Assembly: GCA_010093995.1 (NCBI GenBank)
Contig: ML992502.1
Coordinates: 261,868 to 325,867 of the forward strand
Length of the DNA stretch: 64,000 nt
Source: Elsinoe ampelina
Lineage: Eukaryota
Reading direction: 5' to 3'
Part shown: positions 63,201-64,000 of the stretch, piece after piece
Layout of the letters: each line of letters opens with the position of its first letter
Position numbering within the stretch: the first letter of the stretch is position 1
Translations under genes and position numbers: made by a program
Notes under the pieces: generated by a model
What the model saw: only the letters and a program-made list of their open reading frames with translations
Told to the model about the DNA's origin: nothing
Database searches by the model: none

Positions 63201-63890
63201 GCTCTCCAAGCTGCTGCATACAATGGCAATGAGGCTATAGTTAAGCTACTAATCGAGAAGGGCGCCGACGTCAACGCTGAGGGTGGCACTTGCAGCAATG
63301 CTCTCCAAGCTGCTACATTAAGTGGTGACGAGGCTATAGTTAAGCTACTAATCGAGAAGGGCGCCGACGTCAACGCTAAGGGTGGCACTTGCGGCAATGC
63401 TCTCCAAGCTGCTACATTAAGTGGTGACGAGGCTATGGTTAAGCTCCTAATCGAAGAGGGTGCTAACGTCAACGCCGCGGGTGGCTACTATGGCAATGCT
63501 CTCCAAGCTGCTACAGGTCATGAATACGAAGCTATCGTTAAGCTACTAATCGAGAAGGGCGCCAACGTCAACGCTAGGGGTGGCTCCTCTAGTAATGCTC
63601 TCCAAGCTGCCATATATAAAGCCAACGAGGCTATAGTGAAGCTACTGATCGAGAAGGGCGCCGATGTCAACGATAGTGGCATAGATGGCAATGCTCTCCA
63701 AGTTGCTTCATCTCGAGGACACGAAGCTATAGTTAAGCTGCTAATCGAGAAGGGCGCCGACGTCAACGCTAAGGGTGGCAAGTACGGCAATGCTCTCCAA
63801 GCTGCTATATCTCGAAGACACGAAAATTTAGCTAAGCTACTGATCGAGAAGGGCGCTGATGTCAACGCCGAGGGTGACTACGCACAATGA
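60255..63890 (+). CDS. Fungal NLR-like protein: PNP_UDP_1 - NACHT - ankyrin repeats; introns 61294-61345, 62190-62239
   Basis: YTIGWICAL, LLVGIGGG, DIRLGDVVV, CEMEAAG, RGICDYADSHK; Walker A GMAGCGKT, Walker B IVIDAVDEC; GM|FRWVACQ; LAHFSVQEY; about 9 ANK units. Confidence 0.95.
63051..63890 (+). repeat. Ankyrin tandem array with high internal conservation, 99-bp units (one 96-bp, last truncated)
   Basis: Units start at about 63051, 63150, 63249, 63348, 63447, 63546, 63645, 63741, 63840 with ctVatcgaRRaggg...gctctYcaag. Confidence 0.95.
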
Positions 63891-64000
63891 ACGCGAAGCG
63901 GTTGTCACGAGTTATATACATCATTCATCAGGAGCGGACACGACTCGCACACCTCAATCCTCCCGTTGATCTTCCTGGAGGCACCCTTACTGTAAGCCAC

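Noticed and set aside
63051..63890. Regularly spaced repeats with variable segments resembling a CRISPR array
   Set aside because: In-frame 99-bp ankyrin coding repeats in a eukaryotic gene
1..64000. Transposons or Starship-type elements around the accessory loci
   Set aside because: No transposase, reverse transcriptase, tyrosine recombinase, terminal repeats or AT-rich relic blocks seen by eye

Overview
Gene-dense window from a filamentous ascomycete genome: short GT-AG introns with CTRAY branch sites, and Pezizomycotina-type genes. A Dothideomycete is my guess. About 28 protein-coding genes can be reconstructed. Most are housekeeping genes: enoyl-CoA hydratase, CDK11-like kinase, NDUFAF7, RPC31, TRM1, eIF3L, a nitrilase-family hydrolase, cyclin L, GatA/HER2, NIC96, AIM21, TVP18, NTF2, a GRE2-like reductase and a PCI protein. 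There are two secreted CAZymes: a GH31 alpha-glucosidase with an internal CBM20, and an AA16 LPMO-like protein with a very long tail. Three accessory, immunity-like loci sit between the conserved genes. (i) A tandem pair of ADP-ribosyltransferase-fold-like paralogues, one with an intact R-S-E motif and one degenerate. (ii) A convergent pair of a membrane-anchored HET-domain protein and an uncharacterised multi-pass membrane protein with a GC-AG intron. (iii) A PNP_UDP-NACHT-ankyrin NLR with highly conserved repeats showing RIP-like changes. Other signals include a 174-codon in-frame ORF inside the large NIC96 intron and about 13 abrupt C-rich to G-rich skew switches. The window also has two assembly gaps. 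Family assignments come from motif recognition only; no searches were run.
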